This document shows positions 1 through 12,202 of a stretch of DNA of 24,628 nucleotides, one piece after another. Both the position numbers and the translations under genes were made by a program. Position 1 is the stretch's first letter. Every line of letters starts with the position of its first letter. This stretch comes from Candidatus Methylomirabilia bacterium. Lineage in GTDB: Bacteria > Methylomirabilota > Methylomirabilia > Rokubacteriales > CSP1-6. The notes beneath the pieces are model-generated. The model was not told where the DNA came from, made no database searches, and worked only from the letters and a program-made list of their open reading frames with translations. Where the stretch lies: NCBI GenBank assembly GCA_041497895.1, contig JBGQHJ010000070.1:1-24628 (forward strand), in the 5' to 3' direction.

Positions 1-371
1 ATCATGTGAGTGTCCGAGGAGAGGCGCGACGGCGTCTCCGCCATCAGCCGCTCCGCCGCGTCGGCGTGGGGCACCACGGGCGCGGCCGTCGAGGGCGCTT
101 TGCCCGCGACCCACGGCACGCGCTGGAGGTGATCGACGTAGAAGCGGTAGGCCGCGTCGGTGGGTACCCGACCGGCCGAGGTGTGGGGCTGCACGAGGTA
201 GCCCAGCTCCTCGAGATCGGCCATCGCGTTGCGGATCGTGGCCGGCGACAGGCCCTGGATGTGGCGCCGAGCGACCGCGCGCGAGCCGACCGGCTCCCCG
301 GTCTCGACGTACTCGGCGATGACCGCGAGCAGGACCTGGCGATTGCGTTGATCGAAGGCCGCGGTGGTCAT
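1..371 (-). CDS. hrcA: Heat-inducible transcription repressor HrcA (5' part; runs off the window)
   Basis: Absent from the ORF track. Manual translation from ATG at 371 gives [80 protein letters not shown], with the HrcA signatures EPVGS, SPATIRN.M.DLE..G and PHTSAGR.PT. Lies directly downstream of hemW. Confidence 0.96.
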   Translation of the reverse strand, partial: MTTAAFDQRNRQVLLAVIAEYVETGEPVGSRAVARRHIQGLSPATIRNAMADLEELGYLVQPHTSAGRVPTDAAYRFYVDHLQRVPWVAGKAPSTAAPVVPHADAAERLMAETPSRLSSDTHM

Positions 372-390
372 CAGTGCGCCGATCTTACCG

Positions 391-1593
391 CTAGAGCAGC
401 TCGGTGAACAGGGCATCGGAGAGCAGGAAGCCCGCCTCGGTGAGCCGGACGCGGCCGTCGCGCTCGGCGAGCAGGGCGCGCTCGCGCCAGGCGTCGAGCA
501 CCGCGGGCAGCCGCCCGCGCTCGAGTTCGCAGCGCTCCGCGAGCCGCTCGGCCGGGATCCCGTCGCTCGTGCGGAGCCCGAGGATGAGCCGCTCCGCCAG
601 GCCCTGGCGCGCGGTCAGCACCTCGTGGGTCGCGAGCGGGAGCCGGCCGCCTTCGACGGATGCGCAGTAGCGCTCCACCGGCTTGACGTTGCCGTAGCGC
701 ACGTGGCCGAGGAAGCCGCACGCGCCCGGCCCGAGCCCCAGGTACTCCTCCCACCGCCAGTAGCGCTGGTTGTGGCGCGAGCGGAAGCCGGGCCGCGCGT
801 AGTTGGAGATCTCGTAGTGCTCGAAGCCCGCCTCCGCGGCCGCCCGCGCGAGCGCCCAGTACTGCGCGGTGACCGCCTCCTCGGGCGGCAGCCCGCCCAC
901 GCCCCGGGCGTGCCAGAGGCTGCCCTCGTCCAGGGTGAGCCCATACGCGGAGACGTGATCCGGGCCCCAGGCCATGACCTCCCGCACGGTGGCGGTCCAC
1001 GTCTCGAGATCGAGGCCGGGCAGGCCGTAGATCAGGTCCACGCTGATGTTGTCCACCCCCGCCTCCCGCGCGGCCGCGAAGGCGGCGCGGGCCTGCCGGG
1101 CGGAGTGACGCCGGTCGAGGCGCGGCAGGATCGCGTCGTCCAGGCTCTGCACGCCGAGGCTCACCCGGGTGACCCCGGACCGCCGATAGCCGGCGAGGCG
1201 CTCCACGGTCACGTCGTCCGGGTTGCACTCGACGGTGACCTCGGCGCCCGGCTCGACCGCGAAGCGCGTCCCGACGTGGCCCAGCAGGGCCGCCATCTGG
1301 TCGACCGCGAGGAGCGACGGGGTGCCGCCGCCCAGGAACACGGTGTCGAGCCGCACGTCGCCGGCCCAGGGGGCCGCGTGGAGCAGGTCCCACTCGGTCA
1401 GGAGCGCGGCGAGGAAGCGGTCCTGGGCCCCCGGGGTGTACGGCGCGGTGTTGAACGAGCAGTACCCGCAGCGCTCGACGCAGAACGGCAGGTGCACGTA
1501 GGCGCCGAGCCGGGCGGCCCGAGGCCGGAGCGACGCTACGGCAGGTACTGACCCAGCCGGCGCCAGCGCAGCCAGTGCCCGTCCCCGTTCCAC
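391..1593 (-). CDS. hemW: Radical SAM family heme chaperone HemW (HemN-like); start uncertain
   Basis: [16 protein letters not shown] (CxxxCxxC), [28 protein letters not shown] and the HemW-type HNQRYW motif; lepA-hemW-hrcA context. Start placed at GTG 1593; GTG 1497 is the alternative. Confidence 0.9.
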   Translation of the reverse strand: MERGRALAALAPAGSVPAVASLRPRAARLGAYVHLPFCVERCGYCSFNTAPYTPGAQDRFLAALLTEWDLLHAAPWAGDVRLDTVFLGGGTPSLLAVDQMAALLGHVGTRFAVEPGAEVTVECNPDDVTVERLAGYRRSGVTRVSLGVQSLDDAILPRLDRRHSARQARAAFAAAREAGVDNISVDLIYGLPGLDLETWTATVREVMAWGPDHVSAYGLTLDEGSLWHARGVGGLPPEEAVTAQYWALARAAAEAGFEHYEISNYARPGFRSRHNQRYWRWEEYLGLGPGACGFLGHVRYGNVKPVERYCASVEGGRLPLATHEVLTARQGLAERLILGLRTSDGIPAERLAERCELERGRLPAVLDAWRERALLAERDGRVRLTEAGFLLSDALFTELL

Positions 1594-2207
1594 GACCAGT
1601 AGATCAGGAAGGCCTTCCCCCGGATCTTGTCCCGCCGGACGAAGCCCCAGTAGCGGCTGTCCTGCGAGTTGTCGCGGTTGTCGCCCATCACGAAGTAGGA
1701 CCCGTCCGGCACCTTGAGGGGCTCGCAGGCGTAGGCGTAGCCGCACGCGGTCGACGGGGGCCCGGAGAACGAGCCCGGCCGCACGTAGGGCTCGTCCATC
1801 AGGTGGCCGTTCAGGGTCACCCGGTTGTCGCGCACCTGGACGGTGTCGCCGCCCACCGCGATGATGCGCTTGATGAAGTCGCGCGTCTCGTCGTTGGGGT
1901 ACTTGAACACGATGATGTCGCCGCGGTGGGGATCGCGCAGGCCGGGCAGGTGGAAATCGGTGAGCGGGATCTCGGCCCCGAACAGGAACTTGTTCACCAG
2001 GATGTAGTCGCCGATCAGCAGCGTGTCCATCATGGAGCCGGACGGGATCGTGAAGGCCTGGACCGCGAACTGGCGGATGAAGAGGGCCAGCAGCACCGCG
2101 ATGATGATCGCTTCGGAGTACTCGCGAAAGAGAGACTTCCGGCGGACCTTGACCGCGGGCGCCGCCGGCACCGTGTCACGCTCGGGACGGACCTGGAGTT
2201 CGTTCAT
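1536..2207 (-). CDS. lepB: Signal peptidase I
   Basis: N-terminal TM helix, IPSGSM (catalytic Ser), FIKRI (catalytic Lys), MGDNRDNSQDSRYWG; immediately follows lepA. Confidence 0.97.
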   Translation of the reverse strand: MNELQVRPERDTVPAAPAVKVRRKSLFREYSEAIIIAVLLALFIRQFAVQAFTIPSGSMMDTLLIGDYILVNKFLFGAEIPLTDFHLPGLRDPHRGDIIVFKYPNDETRDFIKRIIAVGGDTVQVRDNRVTLNGHLMDEPYVRPGSFSGPPSTACGYAYACEPLKVPDGSYFVMGDNRDNSQDSRYWGFVRRDKIRGKAFLIYWSWNGDGHWLRWRRLGQYLP

Positions 2208-2216
2208 GCCCCGCTC

Positions 2217-4007
<1,791 letters not shown>

Positions 4008-4014
4008 CCGGCTA

Positions 4015-4020
4015 AGAATA
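4015..4020 (-). promoter_or_regulatory. Putative -10 element of a leaderless lepA transcript
   Basis: Minus strand reads TATTCT-TAGCCGG-ATG: a TAnnnT hexamer 7 nt before the start codon, with no Shine-Dalgarno sequence. Confidence 0.55.
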
Positions 4021-4056
4021 CCACGCCGTTCGGCCGCTCTGCGGCCGGCGGGCCCC

Positions 4057-5130
4057 CTAGAGGCGGGTCCGGTCCGCGACGGTGGCGCCCGCGCCGAGGA
4101 CCACGGCCGGGCCGAGCTCCGCGCCGGCCCCGATGCGGGCCCCCGAGGCCACGATGCAGTCGCGCAGCACCGAGCCGGGGCCGACCGTGACGTCGTCCCA
4201 CAGGATGGCGCCGTCGATCCGGGCCCCGGCCCCGATGACGCAGTTCGCGCCGAGGACCGCGTTCGGACCCACCCGGGCCCCCGCCTCGAGGCGCGAGCCG
4301 GCGCCGATCACGCAGGGCGCGGTGACGGCGGCGTCGGGCGCCACGCGCACGCCCGGGGCGACGAAGCGGCGGTCGCGGCCGTCGCCCGGCGGGGTCACCG
4401 CGGTCGCGACCTTGCCGGCCAGCAGGTCGAGCTGGCCCTGCCGGTACTTGGCGGGGCTGCCGATGTCGAGCCAGTAGCTTCCGGCCACCCAGCCGAAGAA
4501 GGGGATCCGGTCGCGCAGGAGTCCCGGGAACGTCTCGCGCTCGATCGAGACCGCCCGGCCGGTGGGGATGGCGGTGACCACCGAGCGGTCGAGCGCGTAG
4601 ACCCCGGCGTTGACGGTGTCGGTGGTCACCTGGCCCGGGTCGGGCTTCTCCACGAAGGCCCGGATCGCGCCGTCCGGCCCGAGCTCGACGAGCCCGTACT
4701 GGGTCGGATCGGGCACGCGGGTCAGGTAGAGGGTCGCGCGCGAGCCGCGCGCGGCGTGGAAGCGGAGCATCGCGGAGAGGTCGAGGTCGGCCAGGATGTC
4801 GCCGTTCAGCACCACCACGAGGCCCCGGACCAGATCCACCGCGTTGCGCACCCCGCCCGCGGTTCCGAGCGGGTCGGTCTCGACCGCGTAGGAGAGGCGC
4901 ACCCCGTGGTCGGCCCCGTCCCCCATGGTGCGGCGCACCTCGTCCACCAGGTACGAGCACGAGAGCACCACGTCGGTGATGCCGTGGCGGCGGAGCAGCG
5001 CGAGCTGGTAGGCGAGGAACGGGATGTTCAGGAGCGGCACGATCGGCTTGGGGGTGCCGACCGTCAGCGGGCGCAGCCGCGTGCCTTGCCCGCCGGCCAG
5101 GATGACCGCGGTTATTTCGTCGGGACCCAG
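4057..5130 (-). CDS. NDP-sugar pyrophosphorylase (mannose-1-phosphate guanylyltransferase-like) with C-terminal hexapeptide/LbH domain
   Basis: [40 protein letters not shown] and hexapeptide repeats. Start uncertain: CTG at 5130 follows GAGGCGGAG, while the GTG at 5241 would overlap most of the Trm112 gene. Confidence 0.88.
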   Translation of the reverse strand: MGPDEITAVILAGGQGTRLRPLTVGTPKPIVPLLNIPFLAYQLALLRRHGITDVVLSCSYLVDEVRRTMGDGADHGVRLSYAVETDPLGTAGGVRNAVDLVRGLVVVLNGDILADLDLSAMLRFHAARGSRATLYLTRVPDPTQYGLVELGPDGAIRAFVEKPDPGQVTTDTVNAGVYALDRSVVTAIPTGRAVSIERETFPGLLRDRIPFFGWVAGSYWLDIGSPAKYRQGQLDLLAGKVATAVTPPGDGRDRRFVAPGVRVAPDAAVTAPCVIGAGSRLEAGARVGPNAVLGANCVIGAGARIDGAILWDDVTVGPGSVLRDCIVASGARIGAGAELGPAVVLGAGATVADRTRL

Positions 5131-5282
5131 GGCTCCGCCTCGCCGATCAGCATCACGGGAATGCCGTCCCGGATCGGGTACGCTTTCCGGCAGGCCGGGC
5201 AGATGATGCGCGTCTCCTCGAAGATCAGCTCGCCCTTGCACGCCGGGCAGGCCAGGATCGCCCGCAGCTCCTCGTCGATCAT
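5112..5282 (-). CDS. Trm112/YcaR-family small protein (56 aa)
   Basis: Missing from the ORF track. [56 protein letters not shown] has two CxxC motifs and the YPIRDGIPVML family motif; GGAGG SD upstream; ATGA overlap with the epimerase stop. Confidence 0.92.
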   Translation of the reverse strand: MIDEELRAILACPACKGELIFEETRIICPACRKAYPIRDGIPVMLIGEAEPWVPTK

Positions 5283-6204
5283 GATGCGACCTCCTTCTGG
5301 AAGAAGCGGAACGTGCGGCCCAGGCCTTCCGCGAGCGACACGGTGGGCTTCCAGCCGAGGACCCGCCCGGCGTGGGCCGGGTGGAGGCAGCTGCGCCGCT
5401 GCTCGCCGGGCCGGGCGGGAGCGTGCTGGGCCGCGATCTTGCCGCCCGAGGCCTGCACCAGCACGCGGTAGAGCTCGTTGACGGTGGTCTCGACCCCGGT
5501 GCAGATGTTCACCGGGCCGGTGACCTCCGGGCGCTCGAGGGCGCGGAGGTTGGCGAGGGCCACGTCCTCCACGTAGGTGTAGTCGCGGGTCTGATCGCCG
5601 TCGCCGTTGATCATCGGCGCCTGGCCGGTGAGCAGCCGGTGGCAGAAGATCGCGATGACGCCGGCCTCGCCCTGCGGGTTCTGCCGCGGCCCGTAGATGT
5701 TCGCGTAGCGCAGGGAGATGCCGCTGATCCCGAAGATGCCGCTCCAGGCGTTGACGTAGTACTCCATCGCGACCTTGGTGATCCCGTAGGGCGAGATCGG
5801 CAGGGTCGGATGCGTCTCCGGGGTCGGGATCACGTCGGTGTCGCCGTAGCCGGCTCCGCCGCTCGAGGAGTAGATGATCCGGCGCACCCCGAAGCGGCGG
5901 CAGCAGTCGAGCAGGCCGAGGCCGCCCACCACGTTCACGCTCGCGTCGAAGACCGGGTCGGTGACCGAGCGCCCGACCGAGGCCTGGGCGGCTAGGTGGG
6001 CGACCACCTCGGGCCGGGCCTGCTCGAACACCTCCGCGAGCCGCGCGCTCCGGAGATCCGCCACGTGCAGGCGGGCGCGCGGGTTGACCCAGCGCGCGTC
6101 GCCGGTGGTGAGGTTGTCCACCACGCTGACCTCGTGCCCCGCCTCGACGAAGCGGTCCACCACGTGCGAGCCGATGAAGCCGGCGCCGCCCGTGACCAGG
6201 ATCC

Positions 6205-6208
<4 letters not shown>
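5279..6208 (-). CDS. NAD-dependent epimerase/dehydratase (UDP-glucose 4-epimerase-like)
   Basis: GTG start overlapping the upstream stop (GTGA); [25 protein letters not shown] (YxxxK), [20 protein letters not shown]. Confidence 0.9.
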
Positions 6209-7140
<932 letters not shown>

Positions 7141-7154
7141 CGGGTCCCCGCTCC

Positions 7155-8465
7155 TCAGCCGGCCAGGACCGGCTTGCGCCCGATGGAGTAGTACTCGAAG
7201 CCGAGGCGCCGCATGCGCTCGGGCTCGTAGAGGTTGCGGGCGTCGAAGATCACCCGACGGCGCAGCAGCCCCCGGAGGCGGTCCAGGTTCAGGTACTTGA
7301 ACTCGTTCCACTCGGTGAGCAGCGCCACCCCGTCGGCTCCCGCGGCCGCCTCGTAGGCCGACTCGCAGAAGACCACGTCCTCCGGCATGAGGGCCCGCGC
7401 GTTGTCCATCGCGACCGGGTCGTAGGCGCGGATCTGGGCGCCCGCGGCGTGGAGGACCCGGACCACCTCGAGGCTCTTGGCCTCGCGCATGTCGTCGGTG
7501 TTGGGCTTGAACGCGAGCCCCAGGACCGCGATCGTCTTGTCCTCGAGGGGTCCAATCGCCTTGCGCATCATCTCGACCAGGTGGGCGGCGCGCTCCTTGT
7601 TGATCTCCACCACCGAGCGAAGCAGCTTGAAGTCGTAGCCGAGTCGCGACGCGGTGTGGATGAGCGAGTCCACGTCCTTGGGGAAGCAGGACCCGCCGTA
7701 GCCGAGGCCCGCCTGGAGGAACTGCATGCCGATGCGGGAGTCGAGGCCCATACCCTTCATGACCTGGCTCACGTCGGCTCCGGCGGCCTCGCAGATGTTG
7801 GCGATCGCGTTGATGAACGAGATCTTGGCGGCGAGGAACGCGTTGGAGGCGTACTTGATCACCTCGGCCGACGGCAGGTCGGTGATGATCATCGGCCGCT
7901 CGAGCGGGGCGTAGAGCTCGACCAGGGTCATGGCCACCTGCTGGTTGGGGGCGCCGATCACGATGCGATCGGGGCGCAGCGTGTCCTCGATGGCCGAGCC
8001 CTCTCGCAGGAACTCGGGATTGGACACCACGTCGAAGTCGAGCGGGCGCGGCTGGTGCCGGGTGATGACCTCGCGGACGAACTCACCGGTTCCGACCGGG
8101 ACGGTGGACTTGTTGACCACCACCTTGTAGCGCTCCATCGAGCGGCCGATCTCGGCCGCGACCGCCTCCACGTGCGAGAGGTCGGTCTCCCCCGTCTCCT
8201 TGGGTGGCGTGCCGACCGCGATGAAGATCACGTCCGCCTGGCGGACCGCCGCGGGCAGGTCGGTCGAGAAGGTGAGTCGACCGTCGTCCTTGTTCCGGAC
8301 CACCATCTCCTCGAGGCCCGGCTCGTAGATCGGCATCCGGCCGGCCCGCAAGGCCTCGATTTTCTTGATCGCGTTGTCCACGCAGATCACGTCGTTGCCG
8401 AGATCGGCGAAGACGGCGCCGGTCACGAGCCCAACGTAACCCGTTCCCACCACGCAGATGTTCAT
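7155..8465 (-). CDS. ugd: UDP-glucose 6-dehydrogenase
   Basis: [42 protein letters not shown] (catalytic Cys), [16 protein letters not shown] upstream. Confidence 0.96.
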   Translation of the reverse strand: MNICVVGTGYVGLVTGAVFADLGNDVICVDNAIKKIEALRAGRMPIYEPGLEEMVVRNKDDGRLTFSTDLPAAVRQADVIFIAVGTPPKETGETDLSHVEAVAAEIGRSMERYKVVVNKSTVPVGTGEFVREVITRHQPRPLDFDVVSNPEFLREGSAIEDTLRPDRIVIGAPNQQVAMTLVELYAPLERPMIITDLPSAEVIKYASNAFLAAKISFINAIANICEAAGADVSQVMKGMGLDSRIGMQFLQAGLGYGGSCFPKDVDSLIHTASRLGYDFKLLRSVVEINKERAAHLVEMMRKAIGPLEDKTIAVLGLAFKPNTDDMREAKSLEVVRVLHAAGAQIRAYDPVAMDNARALMPEDVVFCESAYEAAAGADGVALLTEWNEFKYLNLDRLRGLLRRRVIFDARNLYEPERMRRLGFEYYSIGRKPVLAG

Positions 8466-8491
8466 CGGTCACGCCCCTCCTGACGGAGTTT

Positions 8492-8500
8492 CATGGTAGC
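8492..8500 (-). promoter_or_regulatory. Putative extended -10 promoter of the ugd operon
   Basis: Minus strand TGC-TACCAT upstream of the AGGAGG SD; a TTGGCA hexamer lies 19 nt further upstream. Confidence 0.45.
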
Positions 8501-8539
8501 AGACGACCCTCCCGCCGTGCCAACCCGGGGCCTTCGCCT

Positions 8540-9478
8540 TCAGGGCAGGGTGTGGCGGATCAGGCGCTCACCGACCATGACCAGGAACAGCAGGAGCAGG
8601 TAGAAATTGGAGAAGAGGAAGAGCGAGAGCCACCCGCGCGGGTCGTCGGGCTGCCGCGCGAACTTCTCGGCCAGCCAGATCAGGCGGCCGCCGAGCGCCC
8701 CCGCCGCCACCAGGGCCCCCGCGCCGCCGACCCCGAACGTGGGGGCGGCCAGCGACCAGGCGGTGAGGCCCAGGGCGTAGAGAAGGATGAGGCGGGCGGT
8801 GCCCTCCACGCCCACGCGCTCCGACACCATCGGGAAGCCGCCCGCCGCGTAGTCGCCGCGGTAGCGGAGGGCGAGGGCCCAGAAGTGCGGCATCTGCCAA
8901 AGGAACAGGATGCCGAAGAGGATCACCGCACCCGCGTCGGTGAAGGAGCCGCCGCCCGCCACCCACCCGATGACCGGTGGGATCGCCCCGGGCACCGCCC
9001 CGGGCACCGCCGCGAACGGCGAGTGCGTCTTGAGCCATGGGGTATAGACCCCGTTGTAGAAGCCGCTCGCGATGAGGCCCAGCACGCCGGCGGTGGCGCC
9101 CACCCCGAGCCAGAGCACCACCGTGCCCGCCGTGATGCCCCCGAGGGAGAAGGCCAGGCAGTGGGCGTGGGTGAGCCGTCCCGACGGTAGGGGCCGGCCC
9201 GCGGTGCGGGCCATGAGCGCGTCACGCGTGCGCTCCTGGACCTGGTTCAGCGCGGAGGCGCCGCAGGACAGGAGCATGACCCCGGCCAGCACGAGCAGGC
9301 CCTGGGCCCACGGGAACTCGGGACCCAGCGGTGCCCGGAGCATGAAGCCGGCTCCGGCCGAGACCAGCACCAGGAGCACGATGCCGAACTTGGACAGCTC
9401 CACGTATGCGCTGAAGCGCGCGGCCACCCCGAGCGCGGGGAGACTGCGCGAGGACGCGGCCGCGGCCCTAGGCGGCAT
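8540..9478 (-). CDS. ctaB: Protoheme IX farnesyltransferase (heme O synthase)
   Basis: NQVQERTRDALMARTAGRPLPSGR, YTPWLK, PGAIPPVIGW, FLWQMPHFWALA..Y..DY...G.PM; multiple TM helices. Confidence 0.95.
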   Translation of the reverse strand: MPPRAAAASSRSLPALGVAARFSAYVELSKFGIVLLVLVSAGAGFMLRAPLGPEFPWAQGLLVLAGVMLLSCGASALNQVQERTRDALMARTAGRPLPSGRLTHAHCLAFSLGGITAGTVVLWLGVGATAGVLGLIASGFYNGVYTPWLKTHSPFAAVPGAVPGAIPPVIGWVAGGGSFTDAGAVILFGILFLWQMPHFWALALRYRGDYAAGGFPMVSERVGVEGTARLILLYALGLTAWSLAAPTFGVGGAGALVAAGALGGRLIWLAEKFARQPDDPRGWLSLFLFSNFYLLLLFLVMVGERLIRHTLP

Positions 9479-10358
9479 GGGCCGCCTTCCGCCCCGCGCC
9501 CGGATGCGCGGCCGGCGCGTCCGCGGGTCGCCAGCACCCGGCCTCGACGCTGGCCCAGACGAGCGTGGCCCAGAGCGCGTAGCCGACCGCCGCGTGCGCG
9601 GCCCGGACCGGGGGGGCCAGCTGCAGGAGCACCGTCGCGATGCCGAGGGAGACCTGCGTGATCGCGAGCGCGGCGACCAGGCGGGTCGCGATCGTGCGCC
9701 CGGCGAGCGCCAGGTGGACGAAGACGCCCAGGAGCAGCACGCCCAGCCAGCGATGGATCCAGTGCACCGAAGCCAGCCACCCGACGGGCAACAGGTCGCC
9801 GCTGCAGAGCGGAAAGTCGGGACACGCGAGCCCGGCTCCCGCGTGCCTCACGTAGCCGCCCACCGCCAGCTGGACGAGGAGCACGACGAGCCCGGAGCGG
9901 GCGAGCCGGCGGGTGCGGTCGGCGCCGGCCGCGGGCGGTCGGGCCGGCCGGCGCAGCCCGAGGGCCAGCACGATGAGCCCGCCCAGGATCAGCAGCGCGT
10001 TCACCAGGTGCGCGGTGCTGACCAGGTGGGGGAGCTTGAGCAGCACCGTGATGCCCCCGAGCGCGATCTGGAGCGCGAGGAGGGCCGGGAGTAGCCAGGC
10101 GAGCCGCCGCAACCTGACCGATGCGGAGCTCCGCAGCGTGGTCACGCTCGTGGCCAGGATCAGCACGGTGGCGGCCAGCGCGGACAGGCGATGCCCGTAC
10201 TCGATGAGCACGTCGGCCCGGAGCGGGGGGATCACCGAGCCGTGGCAGAGCGGCCAGTCCGGGCACGCGAGGCCCGAGCCGGTGGCGCTGACCACGTTGC
10301 CGAGGGTCATGAGCACGAAGACCGCCGCGACCGCGGCGAGGGCGATCCTAGCCGGCAC
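9468..10358 (-). CDS. ctaA: Heme A synthase (COX15/CtaA family)
   Basis: GLACPDWPLC, EYGHR, a second GLACPDFPLC and HWIHR; conserved His residues; about 8 TM helices; next to ctaB. Confidence 0.9.
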   Translation of the reverse strand: MPARIALAAVAAVFVLMTLGNVVSATGSGLACPDWPLCHGSVIPPLRADVLIEYGHRLSALAATVLILATSVTTLRSSASVRLRRLAWLLPALLALQIALGGITVLLKLPHLVSTAHLVNALLILGGLIVLALGLRRPARPPAAGADRTRRLARSGLVVLLVQLAVGGYVRHAGAGLACPDFPLCSGDLLPVGWLASVHWIHRWLGVLLLGVFVHLALAGRTIATRLVAALAITQVSLGIATVLLQLAPPVRAAHAAVGYALWATLVWASVEAGCWRPADAPAAHPGAGRKAAHAA

Positions 10359-11217
10359 GGGTCACCGTCCGGGTAGGGTGCGCCACGCCGTCGGCGCCCC
10401 CCGCGACCTGCCAGCGGAAGAAGACGACGGAGAGCGCGGCCAGGAAGATCATCCCGCCCGGGATCCACATGATCAGCCCGCCCACATGCTGGTCCGCCTG
10501 CGGCGTCAACGCCTCCCAGATTCGCGGGGAGGCCGCGTAGTACGGGTAGAGCAGGCTGTCGGCCATCGAGATGAAGATGGCCACCATCACCATCGGCAGG
10601 CCCACCACGAAGAGGTACAGCATCTGCACCGGGTAGGGCGCGCGGGGCAGCTCGTCGAGCGGGGACAGCATCGGCCACCACAGCACGACCGAGGCGGCCA
10701 TGATCATGAGGTGCTCCACGATGTGGACCGGATGCTGCTCCATGGCCAAGTTGTACAGCGGCGGCAGGTGCCACGCCACCAGAACCACGTTGAACGTGGC
10801 GAACGCCCCACCCGGCCGCGTCAGCACGCGGCCGAGCTGGAGCAGGCGCGCGTCGCGCAGGAGCGGCCGCACCATCCACCCGGGGGTGCCGTAGAGCAGG
10901 AGCGGGGGCATCGCGAAGACCAGGAGCATGTGCTGGATCATGTGCGCGCTGAAGAGGTAGTAGTCCGACAGGTCGTGCACCGGCCCGGTGAGGGCGCCGA
11001 GCAGCACCCCGAGCGCGCCCGCGAACGACGCGATCCTCATCGGCTCGACGCGGGCCTCGGGGTCCAGCCGGTGACGCCAGAGCGTGGCCGCCCCGTAGGC
11101 GACTCCCAGGACGAGCAGGCCGCCGACGACGGTGGGATCGGCGTGCCACGCGGTCCACTCGAAGCCGTCGGGCCCGAGGGGCGGCGGCCCCGCGGGCCCG
11201 GGTACTACGTGCGCCAT
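10348..11217 (-). CDS. ctaG: Cytochrome c oxidase assembly protein (caa3-type CtaG family)
   Basis: YLFSAHMIQHMLL...PPLLL.G.P, WHLPPLY, HIVEH, DQHVGGLIMWIPG. Confidence 0.9.
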   Translation of the reverse strand: MAHVVPGPAGPPPLGPDGFEWTAWHADPTVVGGLLVLGVAYGAATLWRHRLDPEARVEPMRIASFAGALGVLLGALTGPVHDLSDYYLFSAHMIQHMLLVFAMPPLLLYGTPGWMVRPLLRDARLLQLGRVLTRPGGAFATFNVVLVAWHLPPLYNLAMEQHPVHIVEHLMIMAASVVLWWPMLSPLDELPRAPYPVQMLYLFVVGLPMVMVAIFISMADSLLYPYYAASPRIWEALTPQADQHVGGLIMWIPGGMIFLAALSVVFFRWQVAGGADGVAHPTRTVTRAG

Positions 11218-11219
11218 GA

Positions 11220-11564
11220 TCAGAGAACGACGCGGGGCAGCAGCACGAAGGCGCTGAAGAGTGCCATGACGGCCAGGATGATCGCGATGGCGATGATCAG
11301 CGGCCCCACGAACAGCGCGCGCATGATCGGGTGGTCGTAGCGAAGGTGCATGAAGAAGCCGACCACCAGGAAGAACTTCACCGCGGACATCGCGAGCAGG
11401 CCGATCACGAGCAGCGAGCCCGGGAGGCCGGGGATGTAGAGGGAGGCCACCTCGACCGCGGTGATGATCGCCAGCACGATTGCCACGTTGATGTAGGTCT
11501 TGACGGTGGCGTGCCCGCCTCCACCTCCGTGCGTCGCGACAGCAGCGGCGTGATGCTCGGCCAT
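11220..11564 (-). CDS. ctaF: Cytochrome c oxidase subunit IV (COX4_pro family)
   Basis: Three TM helices, LAIITAVEV, KFFLVVGFFMHLRYD; operon position after subunit III. Confidence 0.88.
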   Translation of the reverse strand: MAEHHAAAVATHGGGGGHATVKTYINVAIVLAIITAVEVASLYIPGLPGSLLVIGLLAMSAVKFFLVVGFFMHLRYDHPIMRALFVGPLIIAIAIILAVMALFSAFVLLPRVVL

Positions 11565-11574
11565 CTCGCGGCTC

Positions 11575-12192
11575 CTAGGGGATGAGGTAGATGACGGTGA
11601 AGATGGCGATCCACACGATGTCCACGAAGTGCCAGTAGAGGCCCGCGATCTCCACCTTGGTGTAGTCGCGCGCGTCGAGCTTGCCCCGCATCGCCAGGGA
11701 GACCAGCATGAGCAGCCAGATCACTCCGCCGGTGACGTGGGCCCCGTGGAAGCCGGTGAGCACGAAGAAGGTCGACCCGAAGAGGCTGGTCGAGAGGGTG
11801 AGGCCGTGGTGGAGGACGAAGGTCGTGAACTCGTAGACCTGGTTCAGCACGAAGTGCAGCCCCAACATCGCGGTCACGAACAGCCAGCGGGCCGCCGTCT
11901 TCACCCGATTCTGCTGGAGCGCGGCGAGCGCGAGCACCATGGTGAGGGACGACGCCAGCAGCAGGGCCGCGCTGTACGAGGTGAGCGGGATGTCGAAGAC
12001 CTCGTGGGGCAGCGGTCCGGAGATGGACTTGCCCTTGTAGGCCAGGTACGTCCCGATCAGCGAGCCGAAGAACATGCAATCGGAGCCGAGGAACGCCCAC
12101 ATCCCCACCTTGCGATTGTCGAGCCCGGTGTTGCCGATGTTGGGGTCGTGAACGGCGTGCGCGGCGGCGTGATCGGCGGCGTAGTTGGCCAC
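11575..12192 (-). CDS. ctaE: Cytochrome c oxidase subunit III (5-TM form)
   Basis: GMWAFLGSDCMFF, LLASS.TM, FFVLTGFHGAHV, GLYWHFVDIVW. Confidence 0.95.
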   Translation of the reverse strand: MANYAADHAAAHAVHDPNIGNTGLDNRKVGMWAFLGSDCMFFGSLIGTYLAYKGKSISGPLPHEVFDIPLTSYSAALLLASSLTMVLALAALQQNRVKTAARWLFVTAMLGLHFVLNQVYEFTTFVLHHGLTLSTSLFGSTFFVLTGFHGAHVTGGVIWLLMLVSLAMRGKLDARDYTKVEIAGLYWHFVDIVWIAIFTVIYLIP

Positions 12193-12202
12193 GGGGGCTC
12201 TC

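Noticed and set aside
391..1593. Coproporphyrinogen dehydrogenase HemN
   Set aside because: It lacks the HemN N-terminal extension, has HNxxYW, and sits in lepA/hrcA context, all of which indicate HemW.
4031..4047. Hairpin CGGCCGC-TCT-GCGGCCG as a terminator before lepA
   Set aside because: Short GC-only stem with no U-tract; such stems are common by chance at this GC content.
9468..10358. Internal duplication in CtaA as a novelty
   Set aside because: The two-fold repeat with Cys pairs is an established property of heme A synthases.
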